A DNA stretch of 64,000 nt, taken from IMG/VR virus record IMGVR_UViG_3300021137_000001, positions 62,001-126,000 of that record; one strand, given 5' to 3'. Shown here piece by piece: positions 18,459-29,381 of the stretch. The notes beneath the pieces were generated by a model that was given only the letters and a program-made list of their open reading frames with translations, was not told where the DNA came from and did no database searches. Position numbers and translations under genes: made by a program. Position 1 is the first letter of the stretch. Each line of letters starts with the position of its first letter.

Positions 18459-20777
18459 TTGAGTATCATTCAAGTAATAAAACGTAGCGGTAGTCGTGCC
18501 CCACTTGCAGTAGAGAAATGGCAGGCACAGATTGCAAAGGTATGTGCTGGCATTGCAGATGTAAGTCAGTCAATGATTGAAATTAAAGCGCAACCACACT
18601 TTTATGATGGCATTAGCACACGAGAGATTGATGAAATCACTTTACGTGCTATCGTTGACTTAATTGACATCGAACATAATCCAGACATCGGACATACAAA
18701 CTATCAATACGTAGCAGGTAAACAGCGTTTATCGATGTTACGTAAAGACGTCTATGGTGATTACGAAGTTCCTCGCTTATATGAAATTGTTAAAACAAAC
18801 GTAGCAACGGGCTTGTATACAGCAGAGCTACTAGAGTGGTATACTGAAGCAGAATGGGATAAGATGGATGCGTTCATTGACCATACTAAAGACGAAGCAT
18901 ATAGTTACGCGGCGATTGCACAACTAATTGAAAAATATCTTGTACGTAATCGTGCAACACATCAAATTTACGAAACTCCGCAAGTGCGTTATATGGTAGC
19001 GGCCGCAACAGTATTTCACAAAGAAGAGCCAGCAACTGCTCGCTTGAAGTTTATTAAAGAGTATTACATTTGTGCAAGTGACAGCCTTTTCACCCTTGCA
19101 ACACCTGTCCTCGCCGGCCTAGGTACACCAACTAAACAGTTTAGTTCGTGTGTACTAATTAAAGCAGACGATGACTTAGATAGTATTTTTGCTTCTGGTG
19201 AGATGATGGCAAAGTACGCAAGTAAACGTGCTGGTATTGGTCTTGAGATTGGTCGTTTGCGTCCACAGGGCAGTCCGATACGCGGTGGTGAAATTATGCA
19301 CACAGGTATGATTCCATTCTTAAAGAAATGGTTTGGTGATTTGCGTAGTTGTTCACAAGGTGGCATACGTAACGCAAGTGCAACAGTATTCTACCCAATT
19401 TGGCATCACCAGTTTGATGATTTAATTGTACTTAAAAACAATCAAGGCACAGAAGAAACCCGTGTACGTCATATGGACTATGGTGTTGTATTGTCTGCAT
19501 TCTTTTGGAGACGTTTTAAAAATAAAGAAAACATTACATTCTTTGACCCAAATGAAGTACCTGAACTATACGAAGCATTTTACAGCAATACAGAATTATT
19601 TGAAGAACTTTATGTTAAGTATGAAAAACGTAAAGATTTGCGTACTAAAACAATGTCAGCTGAAGAAGTATTTAAAGGTGGCATACTAAAAGAACGTACG
19701 GACACAGGTCGTATCTATCTTGTGTTTATTGATAACGTTATGAAACAAGGACCATTTGATCCAGAATATCATACAATTTATCAGAGTAACTTATGTTGCG
19801 AGATTTTATTACCTACATTACCATTTAAACGCTTGGATGATGCTAGCGGTCGTATTGCACTATGTACACTTGGTAGTATTAATTGGGGATCGTTCCGCAA
19901 CCCAGAAGACATGCGTCGTGCTTGCCGTATCTTACAACGTAGCTTATGCAACATTTTGGATTATCAGGACTTCTTAAGCATACAAAGCAAACTAAGCAAT
20001 GATGAATTACAACCACTTGGCATCGGCATTACTAACTTAGCCTACTGGCATGCTAAACGTTCATTTAAATATGGCGAGAAAGATGCATTAGCAGAAGTTA
20101 AGAGTTGGATGGAACATCAGGCATTTTACTTAACAGAAGCAACAGTTGAACTGGCTAAAGAACGCGGCCCATGTTTAGATTCAGCAAAAACACGTTACGG
20201 TCAAGGACAGTTTCCTTGGGAGAATCGTGCAGATGGTGTTAATGAACTTGCTGACTTTACTCCAGAGCTTGATTGGGAAACGCTACGAGTTAACATGAAA
20301 CAATATGGTGTACGCAATTCAACACTAATGGCAATTGCGCCAGTTGAATCTAGTTCAGTAGTTATTAACAGCACTAACGGTATTGAAATGCCAATGAGTT
20401 TGATTAGTGTTAAAGAAAGTAAAGCTGGGTCATTTACGCAAGTTGTTCCGGAATATCATAAATTGAAAAATAAATATCAATTAATGTGGGAACAGAAAGA
20501 TTGCGATGCGTACTTAAAAACTGCAGCAGTACTTGCGGCTTATGTGGATCAGAGCATAAGTACTAATACATTCTATTCGCCGGCACACTTTCCAGACAGA
20601 AAAGTGCCATCGACATTAATTGCTAAGAATCTAATGCAGGCACATATTTGGGGTCTAAAGACCTTCTATTATAGCCTCGTGAATAAACAAGGTAGTAAGA
20701 TGACAGCAGAAGTGGCCCCGGAAATGGCACCAATAGATTATGATGACGAGGATGATTGTGCCGGATGTAAGCTCTAG
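18459..20777 (+). CDS. nrdA: Class Ia ribonucleotide reductase alpha subunit
   Basis: ATP cone (VIKRSG), SSC, SNLCCEI, LKTFYY, C-terminal CAGC. Confidence 0.97.
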   Translation: MSIIQVIKRSGSRAPLAVEKWQAQIAKVCAGIADVSQSMIEIKAQPHFYDGISTREIDEITLRAIVDLIDIEHNPDIGHTNYQYVAGKQRLSMLRKDVYGDYEVPRLYEIVKTNVATGLYTAELLEWYTEAEWDKMDAFIDHTKDEAYSYAAIAQLIEKYLVRNRATHQIYETPQVRYMVAAATVFHKEEPATARLKFIKEYYICASDSLFTLATPVLAGLGTPTKQFSSCVLIKADDDLDSIFASGEMMAKYASKRAGIGLEIGRLRPQGSPIRGGEIMHTGMIPFLKKWFGDLRSCSQGGIRNASATVFYPIWHHQFDDLIVLKNNQGTEETRVRHMDYGVVLSAFFWRRFKNKENITFFDPNEVPELYEAFYSNTELFEELYVKYEKRKDLRTKTMSAEEVFKGGILKERTDTGRIYLVFIDNVMKQGPFDPEYHTIYQSNLCCEILLPTLPFKRLDDASGRIALCTLGSINWGSFRNPEDMRRACRILQRSLCNILDYQDFLSIQSKLSNDELQPLGIGITNLAYWHAKRSFKYGEKDALAEVKSWMEHQAFYLTEATVELAKERGPCLDSAKTRYGQGQFPWENRADGVNELADFTPELDWETLRVNMKQYGVRNSTLMAIAPVESSSVVINSTNGIEMPMSLISVKESKAGSFTQVVPEYHKLKNKYQLMWEQKDCDAYLKTAAVLAAYVDQSISTNTFYSPAHFPDRKVPSTLIAKNLMQAHIWGLKTFYYSLVNKQGSKMTAEVAPEMAPIDYDDEDDCAGCKL

Positions 20778-20778
20778 T

Positions 20779-21387
20779 ATGAATAATATTCCTGCATATG
20801 TGTACTATATCAAACATATCCCGACAGGTAAATTCTATTATGGATCGAGATATAAACACATAATGAAAAATATTATTCCTGAGAAAGATTTATGGGTTAC
20901 TTATTTTAGTTCATCAAATGAAGTTGCTAAATTAATTAAAGATACGAGTAAAGAATCATTTGAATTTACAATAATTTATACTAATGAAGATACAGATAAA
21001 TGTTTTGAATATGAGCAATCTTTAATTAAGGAGTATATCAGTGATCCGCTATGTATTAATAAACGATATTTTGATTCTGTAAAAGGAGCAAAGGTATTTT
21101 CTATATTTGGTAAAACTTTATCTTCAAAAGGAAAACCAAAAAGTGAAGAAACAAAACAAAATATGTGTAAACCAAAAAGTGAAATGCACAAACAAAATAT
21201 CAGTAAGGCACAAAAGTTAAATGGCGGAAATGGCCCATCAAAACATAAAGAAGAATCGAAAATTAAAAACGGTAATACACACCGATTATTAAAACGAGAA
21301 AAAGTCACTTGCCCGCATTGTTGTAAAACAGGCGGAGCAATAGCAATGCCGCGTTGGCATTTTAATAACTGTAAGGAAAAACAATGA
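20779..21387 (+). mobile_element. GIY-YIG-like homing endonuclease between nrdA and nrdB
   Basis: AYVYYI...FYYGSR, YFSSS, KSEETK, CPHC...WHFNNC tail. Confidence 0.8.
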
Positions 21388-22484
21388 GTAAAGCACAGTA
21401 TGATTTAAGTAAGCCCACTAATTATTTAACACGATCGATGTTTCTAGACCCAGCTGGACCAGTAACGGTACAGAGATTTGAGGAAGTTAAATATCAGAAA
21501 ATTGCTAATTATGAGCAACAACAACGAGGATTTTTTTGGATACCTGAAGAGATTAGTCTGAGTAAAGATAGTAATGATTTTAAAGATGCCAGTGATGCTG
21601 TTAAACATATATTCACAAGTAACTTATTACGTCAAACAGCATTAGATAGCTTACAAGGCCGCGCACCAAATCAGGTGTTCGGCCCAGTTGTAAGTCTACC
21701 AGAGCTAGAGGCGTTAGTTTCGATCTGGTCGATGTTCGAAACTAACATTCATAGTAAGAGTTACAGTCACATCATTCGTAACATTTATAACGTGCCAAAA
21801 GATGTGTTTAATACAATTCATGACACAGCAGAGATTGTAGGAATGGCAAGTACAATCGGCGACTACTATGATAAGTTACACGTAATTAACTGTCAAGCTG
21901 AACTTGGCATCAAAGTTAGTGAAACAGATCACATTAAAGCAATTTGGTTAGCACTACACGCAAGTTATGGATTAGAGGCATTTCGCTTTATGGTTAGCTT
22001 TGCTACATCACTTGCTATGGTTGAGAACAAAATCTTTATGGGCAATGGCAACATTATTCAATTGATTTTACAAGATGAGTTATTACACAAAGAATGGACA
22101 GCTTTCTTAATCAATCAAGTAGTTAAAGAAGACCCACGCTTTGCCGCAATTAAAGCAGAGTGCGAAGCTGAAGTATATCAGATGTACTTAGACGTTATAC
22201 GCGAAGAGAAAGAGTGGGCTGATTATTTGTTCAAAATGGGTCCGGTTATTGGTCTAAACGCCAATATATTGAAGGATTTTGTTGATTATACAGCCGTAGA
22301 TGCACTAAAACAAATTGGTATACGTTACACTAGCCCTGCACCTAAATCAACACCGATTCCGTGGTTTAATAAACATACAGATACAAGTAAGAAACAAACA
22401 GCATTACAAGAGTCGGAAAGCACCAACTATGTATTAGGTATTATGTCTGATGAAATGAACTACAACGAATTACCAACATTATAA
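21384..22484 (+). CDS. nrdB: Ribonucleotide reductase beta subunit
   Basis: FWIPEE, ETNIHSKSY, EAFRF, DELLH di-iron ligands. Confidence 0.97.
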   Translation: MSKAQYDLSKPTNYLTRSMFLDPAGPVTVQRFEEVKYQKIANYEQQQRGFFWIPEEISLSKDSNDFKDASDAVKHIFTSNLLRQTALDSLQGRAPNQVFGPVVSLPELEALVSIWSMFETNIHSKSYSHIIRNIYNVPKDVFNTIHDTAEIVGMASTIGDYYDKLHVINCQAELGIKVSETDHIKAIWLALHASYGLEAFRFMVSFATSLAMVENKIFMGNGNIIQLILQDELLHKEWTAFLINQVVKEDPRFAAIKAECEAEVYQMYLDVIREEKEWADYLFKMGPVIGLNANILKDFVDYTAVDALKQIGIRYTSPAPKSTPIPWFNKHTDTSKKQTALQESESTNYVLGIMSDEMNYNELPTL

Positions 22485-22498
22485 TAAAAGGGGAAACG

Positions 22499-22762
22499 AT
22501 GTTAACTGTGTATTCAAAAGATTCATGCCCGTTCTGTGAGCAAGCAAAGAATCTACTAACAATAAAAAAAATAGCATTTGAAGTAATTAAGATTGATGAA
22601 AATGTAGAAGCACGTGAATTTATTATGAGTGAAGGGCATCGCACAGTACCGCAGATTTATCGAGATGGTAAACTGTTTGTGGCAGGTGGCTTTCAAGGCT
22701 TAAAAAAATTAACTAATGAACAATTAACAGAAATGACTGGAGAAACAATTGCTAGTAACTAA
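22499..22762 (+). CDS. Glutaredoxin
   Basis: CPFC, TVPQI, GGF. Confidence 0.92.
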   Translation: MLTVYSKDSCPFCEQAKNLLTIKKIAFEVIKIDENVEAREFIMSEGHRTVPQIYRDGKLFVAGGFQGLKKLTNEQLTEMTGETIASN

Positions 22763-23042
22763 CCGATACGACAAGGATACATTGGTATCATTTAAGCTAG
22801 TAAACGGCGATGAAGTTATTGCTAAAATTGTAGACGAAACTGCCGCTGAATTTGTAGTATCTAAACCAATGATTGTAGTACCAAGTCAACAAGGTATTGG
22901 CTTGATGCAAAGTCTATTTACATCTGAGTTAAATAAGAGTATACACCTGGATAAGCGTCATGTAATGTTGCATGCGCAAACAAGTAGCGAGTTAGTAAAT
23001 CATTATCTTGAAACTACCTCGGGGTTTACTATAGCAAGATAA
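22749..23042 (+). CDS. Small Sm-like-fold phage protein
   Basis: [12 protein letters not shown] motif; 3' end overlaps the antisense endonuclease. Confidence 0.5.
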   Translation: MLVTNRYDKDTLVSFKLVNGDEVIAKIVDETAAEFVVSKPMIVVPSQQGIGLMQSLFTSELNKSIHLDKRHVMLHAQTSSELVNHYLETTSGFTIAR

Positions 23043-23659
23043 TTTTTACAATTATCGCCGTGCCAACGAGAAAAACCCGGTTTACTAACAATTTTCTCAC
23101 AATGTTGACATAATACCTTAATATTATTTGGATTATTTTTACGGAAGGCATGACTATTATTCTTTTCCATAGTGGCCTTCCTTTTAGCTTTAACTAATTC
23201 CGAGTTTGGAGTAGTACCATTTTGGTCCATAGTTTCTTTTCGTTTTTGTTGTACTTCTGGTGAACCCATTGTGGTTCCATTTGCAATCATAGTCGTACGA
23301 CGTTTTTCCTCTATATATCTGCTGCCGGGCATGGTGCCGTTAGTTCGTTTAGTTTGTAATTGCAGTTGTATGGATGCGTAACTTCGTTTAGTACCAGATG
23401 GTCCTTCTCCACCATCTGTTCTATTGAGTAATATGCCTGTGTTAATATCTTTCCGTCCCCACCACCGGATTAATCGTCTTTCTAACGCAAACGCACCAAC
23501 TTCGGTTAAATTTGATTCTAATATTATAATTTTGGATTTATCTTTGGGTACCGAAAGACCTTTATGTTTTGCCCAAGCACGATTTTCCTTGCCTTTGCCG
23601 ATATAATACGGAGTTAAGTCAGAATTTCTTATGTATGCATAAATGTAATAAATATTCAT
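23003..23659 (-). mobile_element. GIY-YIG-family homing endonuclease
   Basis: YYIYAYIR...[27 protein letters not shown]. Confidence 0.85.
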
Positions 23660-23758
23660 AGTATGTTATCTTTGTATAAGTATTTACCTAATATCAAAAC
23701 ATACAGACAATAACAGGCATGATATTAGATTTATTAAAATTATTCTTTAGGATTTAGA

Positions 23759-25228
23759 ATGGCAGAACATGATATATCGCTGGTAACAGCCAAGTCAAGC
23801 AATACAGTAATTGAGAGTATGAAGGTTGCATTGGCCACGGCTTCTGCAGCAATTACTCCTGCCACATTAACTGCAATGGTTGGTATTAAAGAAGGTTCTG
23901 CTTTGGCACTTCCAAAAAGTGTAACTGATGCCATGACAATTCTAAACACACACAAAGGATATGCGAATGCAAATGTTGCCGGATGGATTGCTGGTATATC
24001 GGGCCCTACAGGCACGGCTAATGCTGCATTGGCAAATCTAACAACATTACAAGGTCAGATGGGATTTACCGGAAGTCCTGGCTCCGATAATCATGCGGCA
24101 TTTGGCGCTATCTTAAATCAAGCACAAGGTCATATCGGTGATTCGATTGAAATAAACAATGCAACTACATTTATGTCAAGCACATCATTTGAAGAAATGG
24201 GTGCTGGCATTACTAATATGAGTTCAATGGCAACACAAGGATTAGATGGTGCACTGGGCAGTTTAACAAATGCAGCAAGCGCATTTGAAGCCGCTGGTCC
24301 GGTATTTGATCTCAATAAGATATCAAGTCTTGGTTCTACTACTGGATTTGTTGATAAATTAAACAGCGTAAAATTAGGAAATGCAAGTGGTGTTAATGCC
24401 GCAATTGCAGCCGCTGGGCTCGATATGACTAATCCAGAACATGCGCCTGCAATTAGTAAAATTGTCGGGTCAATTAAAGATCCTGCAATTATAGCAACTA
24501 TTCAAGATCAATTAAAAATTAGCCCAGGCGGAGCAATTGGCAATCTAAATGACTTTACTAACCTTAGTAAGTTGGCACCAGCTGGTTCGGCTTTAGCAGC
24601 ATTACCAACAACAGGTATGCCGGATTTATCTGCAATGGCAAGCAAGTTTGGTGATATGGGTGCAAAATTTGCAAACCCAGCTGCTGCGGCAGGATTATTA
24701 AACGGAATACAAATACCAAGCGTACCAAACTTAAATTCATTTGCTCCTACATTGTCGGGATTAACATCTAGTTTATCTTCTAGTATAGCAAACATGACTG
24801 GCAAAGCATCTGGATTGTCTGCACTTAATGGTGCAAATGGTTTACCGAATATAACCGACTTCACACATGCAGTTAGCGGCGGCCCAGAATTATCTGCATT
24901 GGCTAATGTAGGCAATATTGGAATTACAGCAGATCATATTACTGCGCTTACTGATTCGATTACTAAGTCACAAGGGTTAATGGCAACAGCAGGAATTGAT
25001 ATCACGTCTCCGTTGCCATTGCCGAGTTTAGGAAGTGCAATGAGTTTTGCGACAAGTTTACATAAGTTTGGAGCAGATACATCTGGGTCAGGTATTTCTG
25101 ATGTACTTGGTGGAATGGCTAATCCTGGATCTGCATTTGGTGATTCAATCAAAGCAAGTTTGGCAGAAGGAAAAAATAAGGCACTAATGGCGGCACACGG
25201 CATTTCTCCACTAAAATTCGGTAGTTAG
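23759..25228 (+). CDS. Ala/Gly/Ser-rich putative tail/baseplate protein
   Basis: Composition only; 489 aa. Confidence 0.45.
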   Translation: MAEHDISLVTAKSSNTVIESMKVALATASAAITPATLTAMVGIKEGSALALPKSVTDAMTILNTHKGYANANVAGWIAGISGPTGTANAALANLTTLQGQMGFTGSPGSDNHAAFGAILNQAQGHIGDSIEINNATTFMSSTSFEEMGAGITNMSSMATQGLDGALGSLTNAASAFEAAGPVFDLNKISSLGSTTGFVDKLNSVKLGNASGVNAAIAAAGLDMTNPEHAPAISKIVGSIKDPAIIATIQDQLKISPGGAIGNLNDFTNLSKLAPAGSALAALPTTGMPDLSAMASKFGDMGAKFANPAAAAGLLNGIQIPSVPNLNSFAPTLSGLTSSLSSSIANMTGKASGLSALNGANGLPNITDFTHAVSGGPELSALANVGNIGITADHITALTDSITKSQGLMATAGIDITSPLPLPSLGSAMSFATSLHKFGADTSGSGISDVLGGMANPGSAFGDSIKASLAEGKNKALMAAHGISPLKFGS

Positions 25229-25230
25229 CA

Positions 25231-25887
25231 ATGATACTCGATCCCATTGCTGAATATATAATTATTTCAAAATGGGTAACGGCATTGATTGGCAAAAAAA
25301 TTACTCCTCACAATTTCGTTAAACGATTAGGTAAACATCTTAATAAACGACACAGCGTTAAAGTTAAATGCTTTAAAGATAACGATAGTAAACTTAACAA
25401 GGGCGACTTTACTTTCGGCGGCGAATACGACCCAAATTTAGACGAAGACGAAAGAAAACAATTCAAAGTTTATTTCTTAATTAATCATCCTAAAAAATCT
25501 ACCTGGTATGTTACTGAAGAAATGGTAAACAATATCATACTTGACTTAGTTGAAACACTAGTACACGAATACAGACATCAACATCAATACAGAAGCCGAC
25601 AGTTTATGTTAAACAGAGGTTATGTTAGTAAGCATAGAGATGTCGAAACGAAAAACAATCAAGAATATTTAGGTATGCCCGATGAAATAGATGCGTATGC
25701 GGCAAACATTGCGGCACGACTCTATATAAATAAAAGTGTTGTCCACCCAGATAACAGTGCAGACCTTGCATCATATTACACAGCATTTGGAGCGAATCAC
25801 CCAGTAACACGACTACTATTAAAGAAGATTGTACTACATATAAATTATCTAGAGAACAATAATAATGACAATGCAAATAGAAAGTAG
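25231..25887 (+). CDS. Putative zincin metallopeptidase
   Basis: HEYRH (HExxH) with downstream EIDAYA. Confidence 0.55.
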   Translation: MILDPIAEYIIISKWVTALIGKKITPHNFVKRLGKHLNKRHSVKVKCFKDNDSKLNKGDFTFGGEYDPNLDEDERKQFKVYFLINHPKKSTWYVTEEMVNNIILDLVETLVHEYRHQHQYRSRQFMLNRGYVSKHRDVETKNNQEYLGMPDEIDAYAANIAARLYINKSVVHPDNSADLASYYTAFGANHPVTRLLLKKIVLHINYLENNNNDNANRK

Positions 25888-26056
25888 TGCAGAAAATATT
25901 AAGTGTGATGATTATGTATTTGCTATTGACGCAAATGGAGTAGCACGATTTGTTATGCTACCCGAAGAGTGCAACGAAGTACACCCTAAGATTAAACAGA
26001 TATTTGACTTACTTGGCATAGATACTGCAATGCTTGTGAGTCATCGCTTGCAATAA
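25865..26056 (+). CDS. Hypothetical protein
   Basis: Short coupled ORF. Confidence 0.5.
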   Translation: MTMQIESSAENIKCDDYVFAIDANGVARFVMLPEECNEVHPKIKQIFDLLGIDTAMLVSHRLQ

Positions 26057-26332
26057 TTAAATTATCGCTTGTTCTCTAAAATCTGATTGAATATAATCGC
26101 TGTACTTTAGCAGAAACATTGTGTACAACATATCATCCCAAAAGTCCAAGCGCATAGTGTATTGCTTTGTCCATTCGGTTTCTTTCTCATCTTTATGTTG
26201 CCGTAGAGTAAAACCCAATTGTTCTCTTAATCGCCAGCTAATCATAACAGTAGTCCGACCATAGTCTTCGATGATTTGAGATTTTAGTTTGTCCCACTGC
26301 CGATTTGATAATGTAATTGTCTTTGCCATCAT
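26057..26332 (-). CDS. Small FLL(K/R)W-family protein
   Basis: LYTMFLLKYS motif; ATGA overlap. Confidence 0.65.
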   Translation of the reverse strand: MMAKTITLSNRQWDKLKSQIIEDYGRTTVMISWRLREQLGFTLRQHKDEKETEWTKQYTMRLDFWDDMLYTMFLLKYSDYIQSDFREQAII

Positions 26333-26568
26333 GCCCACCTCATTAAAAACATAGTATACGCTTGTTCATCTGGAAATACAATGTACTCCCATCGACCCCA
26401 TCCGGGATTACGTATTACATCACTTACTTTATAATCTTTCTGCCAGAATTCAATCATTTCAGTGAAATGGTAAGCATGACCAATCTCACCACTGTGACTG
26501 GCCACTAATGCCTTGTGCGCATGATCAAACGCTTTTCCCATGTCTTTGATACTAGCAATATAGGTCAT
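26329..26568 (-). CDS. Small FLL(K/R)W-family protein
   Basis: Ends FPDEQAYTMFLMRWA. Confidence 0.65.
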   Translation of the reverse strand: MTYIASIKDMGKAFDHAHKALVASHSGEIGHAYHFTEMIEFWQKDYKVSDVIRNPGWGRWEYIVFPDEQAYTMFLMRWA

Positions 26569-26801
26569 TCGATATACCATTCGATAAGTTTTAATACTTC
26601 TGTGCGATTTGTGCTGTTCCATAGTCGCATTGCATTGCTGTAACTAATATCACCACCTGACTCCATTATGTCAATAATATGCAGAAATGTATTACTAAAT
26701 GCTTGTCCAATTCGATAGTGCGGATTAGCAATAACTTGAAATAAGTATTGCTTCTCAAACTCCTCAAATTCTTCCATTGTTATGCTACTTTGTGAAGACA
26801 T
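26565..26801 (-). CDS. Hypothetical protein
   Basis: YRIGQAF motif; coupled ORF. Confidence 0.55.
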   Translation of the reverse strand: MSSQSSITMEEFEEFEKQYLFQVIANPHYRIGQAFSNTFLHIIDIMESGGDISYSNAMRLWNSTNRTEVLKLIEWYIE

Positions 26802-27903
26802 AAACACCCTCCCACTTCTCACGCCCTGCAACTTTTTCATTACCAACGCCGGGTCTAGTGTTTAGCATCATCTTAATTGTACCTTGATGTTTAAAGCCTA
26901 AGCTCTCAGCAGTAGCAATCCATCGTTCGCATACAGCATACTCTTTATTACCATATGATTTATAGTCTGCAATGTTAGTTGCAAACACACCATCACTGTT
27001 TAAACCTTTGTGTATGTTTCGCATAGTGGGCGCAACATAACCCTCGAACCATTCATCTAACGTAGTGTACCTAACCATACATTGTGTTGGCTCGTCGCTG
27101 TACTTCTCTAAGTTAAAGTATGGCGGACTACTAAATGCTAAGTCAACATCTGTTGGTTCGTATTCTTCACTTACTGATTGTGTAATCAGACCCTTGTTAC
27201 CCACAGCCTGTTCTATTAGCTCACTTAGGTATGTTAGATGCTGAACTGTTTCTGTGTTAGGGTCGATACATTGGTAGTTGTAACGCATATTGCTAGTCGT
27301 TATACCTAACATGCGTCCACCATAGCCCGCACTGTAGTCATAGACATTGCCCCATAGCACAGGACATAAGTGTTCTACTATAGCACGTGCATTAAGCGAC
27401 TTAAAGTTCTGTACATTCTCACCTGTTACTAACTCTAATGCTCTGCGTAATGCAGTTGGGCTGACTAAATTGTTACCTTCCCTGTATTCAAAGCATAAAT
27501 TGATTGCACGTTTTAATTTAGCATCACTTAGGAAGCGATCTTTTAAACTGTTACTGCCACGTCCTTTTGGTTCAGCAGTCATCATGTTTGGGAACAAAAA
27601 TCTATTAATACCTTGTCCTTGATTGTTACCTAAGTTGATAACATTATTCTTAACACTATTGGTTACAGTCTCAGACAAATCTTTAATAGCAGAGATCAAC
27701 CCAGCTTCTGTGTAATAAACAATCGGAGTAATGTTTATACTGCGATAGATGTCAAACACTTGCTGTATTGTGTCAACTGGATCTTTAACCCATTGTTCTT
27801 TAGTAAACGTGTCTAGTTTATCCTGTACTGATTCGTAGCAGGTAAACTGCGGTTGAGTTGCGTACTGCGCCACACCCCATATATTATGTAAATCTGTTAT
27901 CAT
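26785..27903 (-). CDS. SAM-dependent DNA amino-methyltransferase
   Basis: DYSAGYGGR (motif I) and FSSPPY (motif IV). Confidence 0.8.
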   Translation of the reverse strand: MITDLHNIWGVAQYATQPQFTCYESVQDKLDTFTKEQWVKDPVDTIQQVFDIYRSINITPIVYYTEAGLISAIKDLSETVTNSVKNNVINLGNNQGQGINRFLFPNMMTAEPKGRGSNSLKDRFLSDAKLKRAINLCFEYREGNNLVSPTALRRALELVTGENVQNFKSLNARAIVEHLCPVLWGNVYDYSAGYGGRMLGITTSNMRYNYQCIDPNTETVQHLTYLSELIEQAVGNKGLITQSVSEEYEPTDVDLAFSSPPYFNLEKYSDEPTQCMVRYTTLDEWFEGYVAPTMRNIHKGLNSDGVFATNIADYKSYGNKEYAVCERWIATAESLGFKHQGTIKMMLNTRPGVGNEKVAGREKWEGVYVFTK

Positions 27904-28157
27904 TCGCTAAACCTTAATAAAAATAGCATACGGTCTTTTTCTTCTTTAAAATAATACTTGCGGTCACTTGCTATCCATTTAGCATCGTCATACCACCAAC
28001 CGCCCGGTCCGAATGTTTGTGTAAGCCACGCATGATAATGATCAAACGTTGCCTTTGCTTCATAATGCGGCATAGTTGGTATAGTAACATAATCAGCAGG
28101 TTTTGCCCAATGATATTCCATTGTTTTATCATCATACCAAGTTGTTCCAGTTTCCAT
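27900..28157 (-). CDS. Small FLL(K/R)W-family protein
   Basis: Ends FKEEKDRMLFLLRFSE. Confidence 0.65.
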   Translation of the reverse strand: METGTTWYDDKTMEYHWAKPADYVTIPTMPHYEAKATFDHYHAWLTQTFGPGGWWYDDAKWIASDRKYYFKEEKDRMLFLLRFSE

Positions 28158-28405
28158 TATGCCCACCTCAATAATATCATCAGATACTTCTGTTCATCTA
28201 TTACTGTATGCCTATTATAAAATCCATTAACATCTAAGTGTATAGCCATCCCGTATGTATTGCGCATATAAAGTATAAAGTCCTTTGATAGTGCAAATCC
28301 ATTGGGTAGATTATTTTCCCTATTATAAATTCCTTTTATCCTGATAAGCCTAACCGCCATTTCACGGGTGAACCCACTTTTGCTTAATTTAGCCGTAGTT
28401 GCCAC
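28157..28405 (-). CDS. Small FLL(K/R)W-family protein
   Basis: Ends DEQKYLMILLRWA. Confidence 0.65.
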   Translation of the reverse strand: MATTAKLSKSGFTREMAVRLIRIKGIYNRENNLPNGFALSKDFILYMRNTYGMAIHLDVNGFYNRHTVIDEQKYLMILLRWA

Positions 28406-28608
28406 TATGCCCACTTCAATAAAAACATAGTAGCATCTTCTTCTGTGTCAAACGTAACAACGTAATCAACTAAGCCCATGTTATCTCCCACTTGTCCACG
28501 ATATACTTTATAAAACTGTTCGGAAGTAATGTTGTTGAGATAATTTCTATATTCTAACACACTTGCGGCTTTATGCACTGCACGATATGGGACAGTTATA
28601 GTAATCAT
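28405..28608 (-). CDS. Small FLL(K/R)W-family protein
   Basis: Ends FDTEEDATMFLLKWA. Confidence 0.65.
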   Translation of the reverse strand: MITITVPYRAVHKAASVLEYRNYLNNITSEQFYKVYRGQVGDNMGLVDYVVTFDTEEDATMFLLKWA

Positions 28609-28847
28609 TTCACCCACCGTAAAGTAAACATTAAAGCATGCTGTGGGTCGCGAAAGTTAGCTAAGGTGCAATCCCATCCCCAATTAAAATACCACTCACG
28701 CAAGTCACTTGGCAACTTAAATGTTTCGACACACCACTTGTATTCTGGCAGTTTCGTTAAGTCGCCGTCGACTAGATAGTTGTTACTGTTAATTAGTTTA
28801 ACACGTGTGTACTGTGGTATTCCTAATATATCTGGAGTCATAACCAT
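28605..28847 (-). CDS. Small FLL(K/R)W-family protein
   Basis: Ends FRDPQHALMFTLRWVK. Confidence 0.65.
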   Translation of the reverse strand: MVMTPDILGIPQYTRVKLINSNNYLVDGDLTKLPEYKWCVETFKLPSDLREWYFNWGWDCTLANFRDPQHALMFTLRWVK

Positions 28848-29087
28848 TTAACTGTGCTTGAGCAAGAAATAGGTCATGTATTCACGTGCTTCTTGCTCAC
28901 GTCTACCATCCCAATGCCACATATCATATGACATACGCTTGACACCTTTGCGCCCATCTAATTCTTCATTACAAGCGTCCAGTGCCGCGTCCCAACCGAT
29001 AAATTCTCGATACGTTGCATGCGCAACACCCAAGTCGTGTATGCGCATAACCCAGTGATTGTTTTCTTGCTCTAAAGTAATATTCAT
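28848..29087 (-). CDS. Small FLL(K/R)W-family protein
   Basis: Ends EAREYMTYFLLKHS; first gene after the promoter. Confidence 0.65.
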   Translation of the reverse strand: MNITLEQENNHWVMRIHDLGVAHATYREFIGWDAALDACNEELDGRKGVKRMSYDMWHWDGRREQEAREYMTYFLLKHS

Positions 29088-29093
29088 ACATAC

Positions 29094-29164
29094 ATTATAC
29101 ATTCTATAGAGCTAAAAGTCAAGTGGAAATACAGGTTGACTTTTCGGTTAAATGACTGTATAAT
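29094..29164. promoter_or_regulatory. Back-to-back divergent sigma70 (early) promoters
   Basis: Minus strand TTGACT-N17-TATAAT (29122-29094) and plus strand TTGACT-N17-TATAAT (29136-29164). Confidence 0.85.
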
Positions 29165-29195
29165 GTTTACATACACTAAAGCAACGGAGAATAAA

Positions 29196-29381
29196 ATGAA
29201 CAAACAACAACTAATTGAAAAACAAGTTACTGAAATGGTATGTAAGGCATTATTTGATTTGGAAAGTAAATTGGTTACTAAGTTTGACATTGAAAGTTTA
29301 GACGCTTACATTGATGGCGAAAAGTACAACAAGGTAATTGATAAAATGATTAAAATGTATATAACAGCGGCGGTGCAATAA
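29196..29381 (+). CDS. Small early hypothetical protein
   Basis: GGAG SD before ATG 29196. Confidence 0.65.
   Translation: MNKQQLIEKQVTEMVCKALFDLESKLVTKFDIESLDAYIDGEKYNKVIDKMIKMYITAAVQ

Noticed and set aside
18459-22484. Group I introns or inteins in nrdA/nrdB
   Set aside because: Both ORFs are continuous and of normal length; the endonuclease is intergenic
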